57,943 bases of DNA from Candidatus Zambryskiibacteriota bacterium (GCA_016932555.1 JAFGCQ010000016.1:1-57943), one strand, 5' to 3'; positions 7,642 through 16,925 are shown, counted from the first letter of the stretch. Notes: generated by a model not told the origin, from the sequence alone. Numbers and translations: made by a program.

Positions 7642-8727
7642 TTAAATTGATCCGCCTGAATTTATTTCAATATTTTCATCGTTCGCGGACTGCTTTTTAT
7701 AAAACATAATAAATGGATAAATTTTCATCAGTGCGATAAAAGCACTCACTACTACCGGTCCAATAAGGAAACCGATGATCCCAAAAACTTCTATGCCGCC
7801 AAGTATAGAAAACAGAACAATAAGAGGATGAACTTGAATTTTGTTTCTGAAAAATATCATAGAAACAAAATTATCGATTAAACCCACAGCGATAGCAGCC
7901 CAAATCAAAAGCCCAATGGCTGCTCCGATATGATTCGTCAAAAGCAGATAGGCTATTGCCGGCACGGTGATAATTGAAGTTCCTAAAATAGGAACAAAAG
8001 AAGCTAATGCTCCCACGAAACCCCAAAGGATGGGCGAACCAATGCCAAATATAGCAAAACCGACGCCAATAAAAGCTCCCTGAACCAAAGCAACTAAAAG
8101 GCGTCCTCGAAGCACCGCATCTATTGAGGTTTTTAAAGTTTTTATAAATTCTTCATCGTATTCATCAGGTAAAGGACTCCAAGTTATTAAACCTTTTTTT
8201 ATTTTTCCACCAAAAATAAAGAGGTAGTAAAGAGAAACCAACATTAATATAAGATTTAAGATGCCCCCAAACACTGCCGCGAATATTGAATCAAAATTGC
8301 TTATTATCCAATTTAAAACATTCCTAGCGTAAAGAGCCAAATTAATTTCAGAGCCAACAATGTCTGGCGAAATTAAAGAACTAAATTTATTCAATAAAAC
8401 ATTAACTTGAGAAATAATATTTTGGGAACTACCATTAAAAGCAATAGAATTGTATAAATTTACAGATTCTTTAAAAAGAAGGGTTGATAATGCAACCACC
8501 GGCAAGATAATAAATATTAAAATTAAAATAGTGGTTATAAGAGAAGCGAAATTTTTTTTACCTTTTAATTTAGCGACAAATTTCTCATAAATCGGATAAA
8601 AGACTACGGCAAAAATTCCAGAAATAAAGATCACCCCCAAATAAGGTTTCAAAACAAAAAATAACATTACAGAAACAATAACTGTAAATACTATAAAGAA
8701 CGATAATTGTATGGTTTTGTGAGACAT
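7642..8727 (-). CDS. AI-2E family transporter (PerM/UPF0118-like)
   Basis: 361-aa polytopic membrane ORF whose architecture and sequence pattern are typical of the AI-2E family. Confidence 0.75.
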   Translation of the reverse strand: MSHKTIQLSFFIVFTVIVSVMLFFVLKPYLGVIFISGIFAVVFYPIYEKFVAKLKGKKNFASLITTILILIFIILPVVALSTLLFKESVNLYNSIAFNGSSQNIISQVNVLLNKFSSLISPDIVGSEINLALYARNVLNWIISNFDSIFAAVFGGILNLILMLVSLYYLFIFGGKIKKGLITWSPLPDEYDEEFIKTLKTSIDAVLRGRLLVALVQGAFIGVGFAIFGIGSPILWGFVGALASFVPILGTSIITVPAIAYLLLTNHIGAAIGLLIWAAIAVGLIDNFVSMIFFRNKIQVHPLIVLFSILGGIEVFGIIGFLIGPVVVSAFIALMKIYPFIMFYKKQSANDENIEINSGGSI

Positions 8728-8746
8728 AGGAACAAGCAGAACGATT

Positions 8747-9409
8747 TCATCTCGATCTGTTCTTATATTTTATCATAATAAAGATTAGCGCGGCTAAAAT
8801 AGTGGATATCAAAATAAAGTTTTCTATAGAAGAGATGGTTTCAGCATATTTTTCGTAAATATTGCCAACTTGCCAGCCTAAAACCCCCAAAATAATGCCC
8901 CTAATAAAAACTCCAACAAAAGAAATTACAAAATATTTTAATAAATTCATCTCCATGATGCCACAAAAAGCTGATATGGCTGTACTTGGAATAAATGGGA
9001 TAATTCTAGCCGCGCCAATCAAAATTTCATCTTTTCTGGTACCACTAAGTTTATCTTGCATTTTTTCTATATCACTCCAATAAAGTCCTATATATTTACC
9101 CCATTTTTCCAAAACAAAACGCCCACCGAAACGGGCTACAAAATAAACAGTATAAGAACCTAGAGTTACCCCCAAAGCGGCCGGTATAGCTACTTTGAAA
9201 ATCAAAACTGAAATAGCATTCCAAGAAATCGGGCCTGTTATAAAAAGAAATCCTGAAGCTGTCATAATCAGAGCTGAAGGTATTGGAGCAATAACCTCTT
9301 CCAAAACTGAAGCTACAAAAACCCCGAGTACTCCCCAGGGCAAAATATTAATCTGTAAAAAATGTACCAAAGATTCAATCACTTTTTGATTATAGCAAAA
9401 TATAAGCAA
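8747..9409 (-). CDS. DedA/VTT-domain (SNARE-associated) membrane protein
   Basis: 220-aa ORF. 'FVASVLEEVIAPIPSALIMTASGFL' is DedA-like. The track start is TTG, so the true start is uncertain (GTG at 9382 is possible). Confidence 0.7.
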   Translation of the reverse strand: MLIFCYNQKVIESLVHFLQINILPWGVLGVFVASVLEEVIAPIPSALIMTASGFLFITGPISWNAISVLIFKVAIPAALGVTLGSYTVYFVARFGGRFVLEKWGKYIGLYWSDIEKMQDKLSGTRKDEILIGAARIIPFIPSTAISAFCGIMEMNLLKYFVISFVGVFIRGIILGVLGWQVGNIYEKYAETISSIENFILISTILAALIFIMIKYKNRSR

Positions 9410-9452
9410 TTTGCCGAAAATCTACCTAGAATTTCAGCAAATTCAAGGGTTT

Positions 9453-9469
9453 ACAAGGGCGCCCCTTGT
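9453..9469 (-). terminator. GC hairpin between secA and the DedA gene (weak terminator or attenuator candidate)
   Basis: 'acaagggcgccccttgt' gives a 7-bp stem with a 3-nt loop. No clear U-run on either strand. Confidence 0.25.
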
Positions 9470-9493
9470 GTATTTAGTTACTTTCTGGTCTCT

Positions 9494-12004
9494 CTACGCT
9501 CCATGACATTTTTTGAATTTTTTACCGGAGCCGCACGGACAAGGATCATTGCGGCCAACATTTTTGTATTTTAAAGAAGGGTTATTAGTAGGTTGAGTGT
9601 TTGACTCGCCTGTAATTTTTAGAGCTTGTTTTTCAACTTCTCTCTGTTCTGCCACTATTTGAGTAGCAGATTCATTTACTCTAGTTACCGTACCTAAAAT
9701 AGCATTCTCTATAGAATCTTCCATTTCTTTAAAAAGCTTTAGACCTTCTTTCTTGTATTCTACTAAAGGATCACGTTGACCATAGGCTCGCAGATTGACG
9801 CTCGAACGCAGATAATCCATAACTTCCAAATGCTCCACCCAATACATATCAAAAGTTTGGAGACAAAGTTCTTTAAAAGCTCTGATAAAATTTTCTTCTC
9901 CTAAATCTTTTCTTTTTTGTTCTATTATTCTTTTTATTTCTGGTAAAGCATTTTCAGAAATTTTGTTCATATATTCCAAGATTGTTTTTTCATTGCCTTT
10001 TAAAATATTCCTCCTGCGTTCATAAAAAGTTTTTCTCTGAAAATTTAAAACATCATCATATTCTAAAACATGCTTACGAGCATCAAAGTTAAGACCTTCT
10101 ATTTTACTCTGAGCGCTTTCTAGTGATCTAGTAATAAGCTTATTTTCAATCGGCTCGTCTTCAGGGATGCCGAGCCGGCCCATCATTCTTTTAACAGTAT
10201 CAGCCGCAAAAACTCTCATAATGTGGTCTTCCATAGAAACAAAAAATTGAGTCTCGCCTGGATCCCCTTGTCTACCTGATCGGCCTCGGAGTTGGTTGTC
10301 TATCCGGCGCGCGTCATGACGTTCAGTACCCAAGACAAACAGCCCATCCACACTTTTTACTTTTTCGTAAGCTTGGCTTTCAAAAGGCACTCCACCGAGC
10401 TTGATGTCCACACCGCGGCCAGCCATATTTGTCGCTACCGTTACCGCCCCGAATCGGCCAGCTTGAGCGATTATTTCTCCTTCTCTTTCATGATTTTTAG
10501 CATTGAGCATTTCAAAATAGACACCTTCTTTCTTAAGATATTCGCCCAAAAGTTCATTTTTCTCGATAGAGATAGTACCAATTAAAACCGGCTGGCCCTT
10601 TTTTTGTAGTTCTTTAACTTTACGAGCAATTGCTTGAAGTTTACCGTTCTCAGTCTGAAAAATCAGATCATTTTTATCAATTCTAGCAATCGGTTTATTA
10701 GTCGGAATAGCTACCGTGTCGAGTTTATAAACTTTATAAAACTCCTCACTCGAAGTTAGAGCTGTGCCAGTCATGCCTGAAAGCTTTTCATACATTCTAA
10801 AATAATTCTGATAAGTGATCGAGGCAAAAGTTCGGCTTTCTTTTTGAATACTCACTCCTTCTTTTGCTTCTATAGCTTGATGCAAACCCTCCGACCAACG
10901 TCTTCCGGGCTGGAGTCTACCAGTATAAGTATCGACAATAATAACTTCTCTGCCATTTTCGCTATCTTTCACGACATAATCTTTATCTCGATGATACAGA
11001 GCTTTCGCTTTGATAGCAGTCTCCAAATGATGGACCAATTTTATGCCACCTTCAACATAAAGATTTTCCATGCCCAAAATTTTTTCTGCTTTGTTAATCC
11101 CCTCATCAGTTAAAAGCACGGCGTGTAATTTTTCATCAACTGTATAGTGTTCATCTTTTTTAAGTTGGTTAGCGACAATAGCAAATTTTTTATAAAAATC
11201 ATCTGAATCAGCTGCCGGGGCAGAAATGATAAGTGGGGTTCTAGCTTCATCAATCAAAATAGAATCAATTTCGTCGACGATAGCAAAATTATGTCTTTTT
11301 TGTCTGACATTTTTATAATTATATTCAAGATTGTCGCGCAAATAATCAAAACCAAATTCATTGTTGGCGCCGTAAGTAATATCAGCTTCATAAGCTTCCA
11401 CTCTGTTTATCGGTCGAAGAAATTCGTGCACTATGTGATAACTTCCTCGCTCATCTCTTTCTTCATCTCGTGCTTCGTAACTCGTATCTCGCGACTCATT
11501 TTTTAATTCCGGATCATATAAAAAACTTGACTCATGAGCAATGACGGCAACACTTAAGTCCAAAGCTGCATATATTTGCCCCATCCAAACTGTATCTCTA
11601 CGAGAAAGGTAATCATTAACAGTGACTATATGAACCCCTTGACCGGTAAGAGCATTGAGATAGGCGGGCAAAGTCGCTACTAAAGTTTTACCTTCACCAG
11701 TACGCATTTCAGCAATACCGCCGCGATACATCACAATACCACCCAGAAGTTGAACATCAAAATGTCTTTCCCCTAAAGTTCTTCTAGCCGCCTCTCTTAC
11801 ACAAGCAAAAGCTTCCGGTAAAATATCATCCAAAGTTTCTCCTTTTTTTAATCTTTCCTTAAATTCCTTAGTTTTATTTTTTAAATCTTCATTCGATAAT
11901 TTAGAAACCGATTCTTCAAAACCGTTTATTTGAATCACTATAGGATATATTTCTTTAATATAACGCTTACTTTGATCACCAAATATTTTGTTCAAAAATG
12001 ACAT
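9494..12004 (-). CDS. secA: Preprotein translocase ATPase SecA
   Basis: 836-aa ORF. Contains 'MRTGEGKTLVATLPAYLNAL', 'ADITYGANNEFGFDYLRDN', 'TNMAGRGVDIKLGG', 'LRGRSGRQGDPG' and a C-terminal zinc motif 'CPCGSGKKFKKCHG'. Confidence 0.97.
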   Translation of the reverse strand: MSFLNKIFGDQSKRYIKEIYPIVIQINGFEESVSKLSNEDLKNKTKEFKERLKKGETLDDILPEAFACVREAARRTLGERHFDVQLLGGIVMYRGGIAEMRTGEGKTLVATLPAYLNALTGQGVHIVTVNDYLSRRDTVWMGQIYAALDLSVAVIAHESSFLYDPELKNESRDTSYEARDEERDERGSYHIVHEFLRPINRVEAYEADITYGANNEFGFDYLRDNLEYNYKNVRQKRHNFAIVDEIDSILIDEARTPLIISAPAADSDDFYKKFAIVANQLKKDEHYTVDEKLHAVLLTDEGINKAEKILGMENLYVEGGIKLVHHLETAIKAKALYHRDKDYVVKDSENGREVIIVDTYTGRLQPGRRWSEGLHQAIEAKEGVSIQKESRTFASITYQNYFRMYEKLSGMTGTALTSSEEFYKVYKLDTVAIPTNKPIARIDKNDLIFQTENGKLQAIARKVKELQKKGQPVLIGTISIEKNELLGEYLKKEGVYFEMLNAKNHEREGEIIAQAGRFGAVTVATNMAGRGVDIKLGGVPFESQAYEKVKSVDGLFVLGTERHDARRIDNQLRGRSGRQGDPGETQFFVSMEDHIMRVFAADTVKRMMGRLGIPEDEPIENKLITRSLESAQSKIEGLNFDARKHVLEYDDVLNFQRKTFYERRRNILKGNEKTILEYMNKISENALPEIKRIIEQKRKDLGEENFIRAFKELCLQTFDMYWVEHLEVMDYLRSSVNLRAYGQRDPLVEYKKEGLKLFKEMEDSIENAILGTVTRVNESATQIVAEQREVEKQALKITGESNTQPTNNPSLKYKNVGRNDPCPCGSGKKFKKCHGA
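11441..11497 (-). repeat. In-frame segment of secA sharing ~33/37 nt with the gatB insert
   Basis: The coding strand 'gagtcgcgagatacgagttacgaagcacgagatgaagaaagagatgagcgaggaagt' encodes 'ESRDTSYEARDEERDERGS'. It lies in a ~36-aa extra segment between 'AVIA' and 'EAYEADITYG'. Confidence 0.5.
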
Positions 12005-12013
12005 GGCAAGCTA

Positions 12014-12022
12014 ATAATAGCA
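12014..12022 (-). promoter_or_regulatory. Extended -10-like TGCTATTAT, 9 nt upstream of the secA ATG
   Basis: Minus strand reads 'tgTGCTATTATtagcttgccATG'. Confidence 0.3.
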
Positions 12023-12044
12023 CATTTTTCTTTTTTGATTATTC

Positions 12045-12085
12045 CAAATAAAAAAGTAAAACCCCTCAATAAATTGGGGGCTTTT
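12045..12085 (-). terminator. Rho-independent terminator candidate downstream of the Lys-rich sORF / sRNA region
   Basis: Minus strand reads 'aaaagcccccaatttattgaggggttttacttttttatt'. A CCCC/GGGG stem with A-U extension is followed by a T6 run. Confidence 0.45.
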
Positions 12086-12104
12086 ACTTAAGTGAAAAAG
12101 AAGA

Positions 12105-12182
12105 TTAAGCTCTTTTCTTTTTAGTTGCTTTTCTTTTCTTAGTTGTTTTCTTCTTTTTTGCTGCTTTCTTTTTCTTTGCCAT
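12105..12182 (-). CDS. Hypothetical 25-aa lysine-rich peptide (MAKKKKAAKKKKTTKKRKATKKKRA)
   Basis: ATG at 12182, TAA at 12105, followed by a terminator-like hairpin. No convincing RBS. It may simply be an A-rich non-coding tract. Confidence 0.2.
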   Translation of the reverse strand: MAKKKKAAKKKKTTKKRKATKKKRA

Positions 12183-12361
12183 TTTATCGTGACCCGCCAA
12201 ATGACGGATAAAAATTATTTTTAAGCGCGCTGCACAAAATTTTTTTTGTACGATCGACCTTGTTAATATAATTATCGCTCGAAAAAATTTTTTCGTAAAT
12301 GTTTTTTTGCGAAAAAATGTGGATAACGTGAAAAAAAAATTAAAAAAAATTAATTTAATTT

Positions 12362-12484
12362 TTAAAATAAAAAATTCTTTCAAAAAATTTTTGAAAGAAT
12401 TTTTTGCGCCACAGCGTGGATGGCGGAAGCTATCTCCAAAATGAAAATCTATGTGAGTGCGAACCGCCACCCGCGCTGAAGCAC
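12362..12484 (-). ncRNA. Candidate small RNA or structured leader (unknown family)
   Basis: A TTGTAA-17-TATTAT promoter (plus-strand coordinates 12491-12519) is followed by a GC-rich long stem, 12464-12476 pairing with 12406-12426. Of 13 positions, 1 is a mismatch and 1 is a G-U that is only valid on the minus strand. Then comes a perfect 18-bp-arm AT palindrome (12369-12405) and a T-rich tract. Confidence 0.3.
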
Positions 12485-12518
12485 TTTAACATAATAACCT
12501 AACTTATCTTTACTTACA

Positions 12519-12551
12519 ATAAAAAACGAAAAGCCACCTTGTTTAGGCGGC
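12519..12551 (-). terminator. Rho-independent terminator of the O-antigen-ligase/TPR gene
   Basis: Minus strand reads 'GCCGCCtaaacaaGGTGGCttttcgttttttatt'. A 6-bp stem (one G-U) is followed by a U-rich tail. Confidence 0.55.
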
Positions 12552-12652
12552 GTTTCGCAGATATTCATTTGTTAGAAAATAGTTCTAACACTCACATTAA
12601 AAGTATAGCATACAATAAGATATTATGCAATCCTCCAAATAGCAGATGTGGA

Positions 12653-14851
12653 TTACGGGTTTCTTCCAGCCCTGATTTCATTTATATAATATTCTCCTTG
12701 TTCTTTAAAATTTGGATCCAAAGCTATAATATGTTCCAAGGTTTGGATAGCTTCTTCTCTTCTACCAGCTTCCAAATAAGTGGCTGTCAGAGTTATATAA
12801 TGTTGTAAATTAGAAGGTTCAAGTTCAATTCTTTTTTTAGCTATCTCTATTATTTCTGAATACTGACCAAGATTTAAGAGAAGACTAATGTATCTATCGT
12901 CAAAAATCAATTTTCTTTCTGGCATTTCACCTAAAATTTGATTAGCAAGATCAAAACTGCCAGATGCCGCTAAAGCTAATCCGTAAATAAATTTAGCTTC
13001 TTCATAAGAAGTATCTGATTCATAAGCCTCTTTGGCTATTTCAACCGCTTTAGAAATTTGGTTGTCCAAAATTAAATTATTTACTAATTCAAAATATATC
13101 TGTTGTTTCTTTGGAGAAAGTTCCCGCGCTATTTCTAATTGCTCCACTGCTCGTCCGTACCAACCATAGCGAGATAAAAAGATAGCGTAAAAAAGTCTGT
13201 AACGAGCATCATTTGGCACTCTAGCAAGATGTTTTTCAAAAGCCTGCTCCACTACAGCAAATAATTCCTGTTTTAATTCCGGATTAACACTAGGACTAGC
13301 AGACAAACCTATAACTATCTGCGAAACATGTTCTAAACTTTCCGAAAAACCCATACCACTAGAAAGCGGCTTCTGATATTCTTCAATCGTACCCACCTTA
13401 CCCTCACTGTTCAATTTGAGAACATACAGCAAATCTTTGTTTTGCCCGTAAGGCTTATATATAACGAAATAAGAGACAGCTACCAATAAAATCAAAACTA
13501 CAGCTTCAATAATGGGCTTAGCTTTTTCATTATCAAATAATTTACCGGCTCCTTCAGATATCTTGTTCCAAAAATGGTTCCCGACACTTGAAGCAGACGA
13601 ATGAATCAGAGCCAAAATGGTAAAGAATAATATATAGCTCGAAATTTGATCAAAAACAAAAAGATTATTGAATACATAAGCAGTCGCTAGCCCCAAAATA
13701 ACCGCTTTGCCTTTTTTGTCTATAATATTTTCATCCGCTTTAAACAAGTAATAAAAAAGAAAAAACAATAAACCCAGATAAGATAGGAGTCCCAAGGTGC
13801 CACCGGCCACCAACCAATCTAGAGGTGTACTGTGAGCTCGATCAAACCAAGGTTCCTGCTTATAAGCCTCTGGATCATAGTATTTATTGAAAACAAAATT
13901 AAAACTTTCCTGTCCCCATCCCAAAATCGGTTTTTCAATAAAGCCCTTTATAGCCATTGGCCAGACATAGTAACGCCCCTGAGTTTTAATTTCTGAAAGC
14001 GAAAGAGAGGCGAAGCGGCTCAAGACTGAATTCTCTTTTACAAAAGTAGTATTTCTAATAGAAGCAAATAAGCCTATAAAAATTAAAACGGTTATCGTGC
14101 CGGCAATAGCGATTTTTCTGATCCTGTCGCCCTTTTGAGACTTGAACAAAAGATAGATGAAAGTTACTAATATTCCGCCAATTAGACCTAGGATAGCACC
14201 TCTAGTAGCAGTAAAATAAAGAACAATTAAATCCATTAGAGCAACTATCCCAAGCAAAATTTTTTGCCAATTAGATTTTGATCTAGTGAACAAAAAGGTC
14301 GCAAAGAAAATATGAAAAACCATATAAATAGCCAGATAGCCAGCATTGCCTAAGGTACCATCAACTCTAGTACTACCTTGATTGATAGTAATTTTACCAG
14401 TTAGTTGCAGGAAGCCATAAAAAGCCATGATTGCTGAAGCTCCAACACTGGTAGCCAAAAGTCGATTCCAAAGATTATGAATTTTAAAAACCGAACTCAA
14501 CACTACAAAATACGCCACTAAATGCAAAAGTGTGATATAACCTTCCATTCTTTCAAAATTGCTCCAAAAACTTTTGAATGGATTTTCACTGAAAATATCC
14601 GCTAGGCCAATCACGGCCAAAAACAAAATTAAAGAACCAATTATCCAAGAAAAATGTGGCCGATATGATTTGTCTCGCAAAACCAAAATCAGATAACAGG
14701 CAAAAATAATTTCTATTATAAGTCTAAAAACAAAAGCTTTACCGGTAATAAAGGGGAAAAATGATGACGAGGCCACCACAAAAGGAATAAATGGTATGGT
14801 AAAAATGCCGAAGAGTATCGTATACTTTAAATAATTATTTGACATTGACAT
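12653..14851 (-). CDS. O-antigen ligase/polymerase-like (Wzy_C) membrane protein fused to C-terminal TPR repeats
   Basis: The ORF track gives 12653..14881 from a TTG; the first ATG is at 14851 ('MSMSNNYLKY'). About 10-12 TM helices with 'TATRGAILGLIGG' (Wzy_C-like). The C-terminal ~230 aa are TPR-like ('RAVEQLEIARELSPKK', 'EEAIQTLEHIIALDPNF'). Confidence 0.7.
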   Translation of the reverse strand: MSMSNNYLKYTILFGIFTIPFIPFVVASSSFFPFITGKAFVFRLIIEIIFACYLILVLRDKSYRPHFSWIIGSLILFLAVIGLADIFSENPFKSFWSNFERMEGYITLLHLVAYFVVLSSVFKIHNLWNRLLATSVGASAIMAFYGFLQLTGKITINQGSTRVDGTLGNAGYLAIYMVFHIFFATFLFTRSKSNWQKILLGIVALMDLIVLYFTATRGAILGLIGGILVTFIYLLFKSQKGDRIRKIAIAGTITVLIFIGLFASIRNTTFVKENSVLSRFASLSLSEIKTQGRYYVWPMAIKGFIEKPILGWGQESFNFVFNKYYDPEAYKQEPWFDRAHSTPLDWLVAGGTLGLLSYLGLLFFLFYYLFKADENIIDKKGKAVILGLATAYVFNNLFVFDQISSYILFFTILALIHSSASSVGNHFWNKISEGAGKLFDNEKAKPIIEAVVLILLVAVSYFVIYKPYGQNKDLLYVLKLNSEGKVGTIEEYQKPLSSGMGFSESLEHVSQIVIGLSASPSVNPELKQELFAVVEQAFEKHLARVPNDARYRLFYAIFLSRYGWYGRAVEQLEIARELSPKKQQIYFELVNNLILDNQISKAVEIAKEAYESDTSYEEAKFIYGLALAASGSFDLANQILGEMPERKLIFDDRYISLLLNLGQYSEIIEIAKKRIELEPSNLQHYITLTATYLEAGRREEAIQTLEHIIALDPNFKEQGEYYINEIRAGRNP

Positions 14852-14928
14852 TAATATATCAAAAATAAGGATAAAAAACAAAGATAGAAAAAAGTCTTTA
14901 TTTCTGGTATTATTTTAAAGTTTATTAT

Positions 14929-16176
14929 ATGGAAAAATTAAAAAATAAGATTATTTTACTGTTACACTGGAGTGAAAAATACACCAAAACCGATATGGTC
15001 TATCTGGTAAAAGGTGGTTCTTGGCTGGGATTGGGACAAATTGTTTCTACTGCAGCCGCTTTTTTTACTTCCGTAGCCTTTGCTAACCTTCTACCCCCAG
15101 AAACATATGGAGTTTATAAATATGTGCTTTCTATAACTGGAATTCTTCTGGTAACAACTCTTTTGGGTATGGATTTGGCTGTGATCCAGTCCACCGCTAG
15201 AGGATTTGGGGGCACTTTGATTACTGGGGTTAAAAAAAGAATGAAATGGGGGACTTTGGGAACTATTATCTCCCTTTTAATCGCAGGTTATTATTATTTT
15301 CAAGGTAATACGGAACTAGCTCTAGCTTTCTGTATTGTTTCCGTTTTCATGCCTTTCAGCGAGAGTTTTGATATGTACAACGCTTTTCTTACTGGTAAAA
15401 AACTGTTCGGGTCTCAAACTAGATACAACATTGTTCGCAAAGTGGTTTCTTTAATTGCTATTGTTGGAACTTTATTCGTCACTCAAAATATCCTCGTGGT
15501 ATTGCTAGTATATTTCATTGCCTTAACTATACCTGCAGGCTTTTTTCTGTGGCAAACAGTAAAAAAGCATCTGTTCAACAGAAAAAACGATCCCAAAGCA
15601 GTAAATTATGGAAAGCATTTGAGTGTGGTTTACGTGATTGGTTTGTTACTTGGAGAATTAGATAAGATTTTAGTTTTCCATTATTTAGGTGCGATTAATT
15701 TGGCTGTCTATGCTCTAGCGGTCGCTCCCACCGACCAGATTAAGGGTATCTTGAAAAACGTAAATGCTTTAGCCATGCCCCGTTTCTCAAATCGAACACC
15801 AGAAGAAATCAGAAGAACATTGTGGCACAAAGTCTTAATACTTGCTCTAGTTATAACAATTATGGTTTTGGGTTATATTTTTCTAGCCCCAATATTCTTT
15901 AAGATATTCTTTCCTAAATATCTAACATCAATACCATATTCTCAGATATTATCTATATCGTTAATACCAGCAGTCCTATCTAGTTTTATTTATACTATTT
16001 TGGAGGCCCAAAAAGACAAGGCGGGTATATATAAATACAACATCTATTTCAACACTTTTGGTATTGTTATTTTAATTCCTCTTATCTATTTCTTCGGCAT
16101 CTGGGGCGCTGTAATTTCTCGTATTATTGGAAGATTTTTCTCTTTAGGTTTATCTATTATTTTACTAAAGAGATAA
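14929..16176 (+). CDS. Wzx-like oligosaccharide flippase (MOP/polysaccharide biosynthesis protein family)
   Basis: 415-aa polytopic ORF. The N-terminal pattern 'GGSWLGLGQIVSTAAAFFTSVAFANLLPPETYGVYKY' is typical of Wzx/RfbX-type flippases. Confidence 0.7.
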   Translation: MEKLKNKIILLLHWSEKYTKTDMVYLVKGGSWLGLGQIVSTAAAFFTSVAFANLLPPETYGVYKYVLSITGILLVTTLLGMDLAVIQSTARGFGGTLITGVKKRMKWGTLGTIISLLIAGYYYFQGNTELALAFCIVSVFMPFSESFDMYNAFLTGKKLFGSQTRYNIVRKVVSLIAIVGTLFVTQNILVVLLVYFIALTIPAGFFLWQTVKKHLFNRKNDPKAVNYGKHLSVVYVIGLLLGELDKILVFHYLGAINLAVYALAVAPTDQIKGILKNVNALAMPRFSNRTPEEIRRTLWHKVLILALVITIMVLGYIFLAPIFFKIFFPKYLTSIPYSQILSISLIPAVLSSFIYTILEAQKDKAGIYKYNIYFNTFGIVILIPLIYFFGIWGAVISRIIGRFFSLGLSIILLKR

Positions 16177-16184
16177 AATTTTGC

Positions 16185-16925
16185 TTAATTTGAGTTCTTA
16201 TATAAAGCCAAGATATGTTTATATGATTTTTTGTTACCATTAGCGCAGAACTTAAAATAAAACTTAAATAACGCTTTACGTAAAAAAGATATTGATGCAA
16301 ATCTACGAATTAATTTATTTAAAACAACCCCAAGAAAATTATTTTTGATCAAATAAAAGATTTTAATTAATTTTAAACCATTTAGTTGCTTATTTAGTAA
16401 TTCCTCATCATAATGTCTATAATGCTTATCAATTATTGGTATTTGTTTAGAAGGTACAGAAATAATAAGAATACCTCCTTTTTTAATTTTGCTTTTTATA
16501 TCTAAAACAAACTCATTTATATTTTCATTTGGTATATGCTCCAAGACTTCAATTAAAAGAACTGCATCAAATTGCCCTTTTAAATCAGAAATTGGCTTAC
16601 AGAAAAATTCAACATTATTTCCGTAATTCAACCCCTTAGCCAACAGAATAGCTCTCTCTGATAAATCGACTCCTACATTTTTAATTTGATTACCATATAA
16701 TTTTGCTAATTCAAAATTTACCTTACCGTCTCCACAACCAACATCAAGAACGGATTCTGGACTATATTTCTTTAATAGATCGAGTGCTTTTTGAATATAA
16801 ACATAATATTCCTCTCCCCAAGGCATAATCCATACATTTGAAAAATTTTGAAAATTAACAAGATGATGATATGGAATAGAATATTGATAATTCTGAATAT
16901 CGAATTTTTCTTGTTTTTCGTTCAT
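16185..16925 (-). CDS. Class I SAM-dependent methyltransferase
   Basis: Motif I 'VLDVGCGDGK', and post-I/II 'AVLLIEVLEHIP'. Confidence 0.8.
   Translation of the reverse strand: MNEKQEKFDIQNYQYSIPYHHLVNFQNFSNVWIMPWGEEYYVYIQKALDLLKKYSPESVLDVGCGDGKVNFELAKLYGNQIKNVGVDLSERAILLAKGLNYGNNVEFFCKPISDLKGQFDAVLLIEVLEHIPNENINEFVLDIKSKIKKGGILIISVPSKQIPIIDKHYRHYDEELLNKQLNGLKLIKIFYLIKNNFLGVVLNKLIRRFASISFLRKALFKFYFKFCANGNKKSYKHILALYKNSN

Noticed and set aside
12318-12326. A perfect DnaA box (TGTGGATAA on plus, TTATCCACA on minus), plus degenerate same-orientation boxes at ~12203, ~12414 and ~12645, in a very AT-rich 650-bp gap. This raised the possibility of oriC.
   Set aside because: A single perfect 9-mer is roughly expected by chance in 2 x 58 kb, and the other boxes have 1-2 mismatches. 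Genes on both sides stay on the minus strand, so there is no orientation switch. No dnaA or dnaN is nearby. A cumulative GC-skew plot on the full genome would settle it.
12105-12470. A 121-aa ORF from the track spanning the AT-rich gap.
   Set aside because: The translation is low-complexity (F/K/I-rich) from poly-A/T DNA and runs through palindromes and a promoter-like region. Only the last 25 codons (from the ATG at 12182) are even conceivable as a gene.
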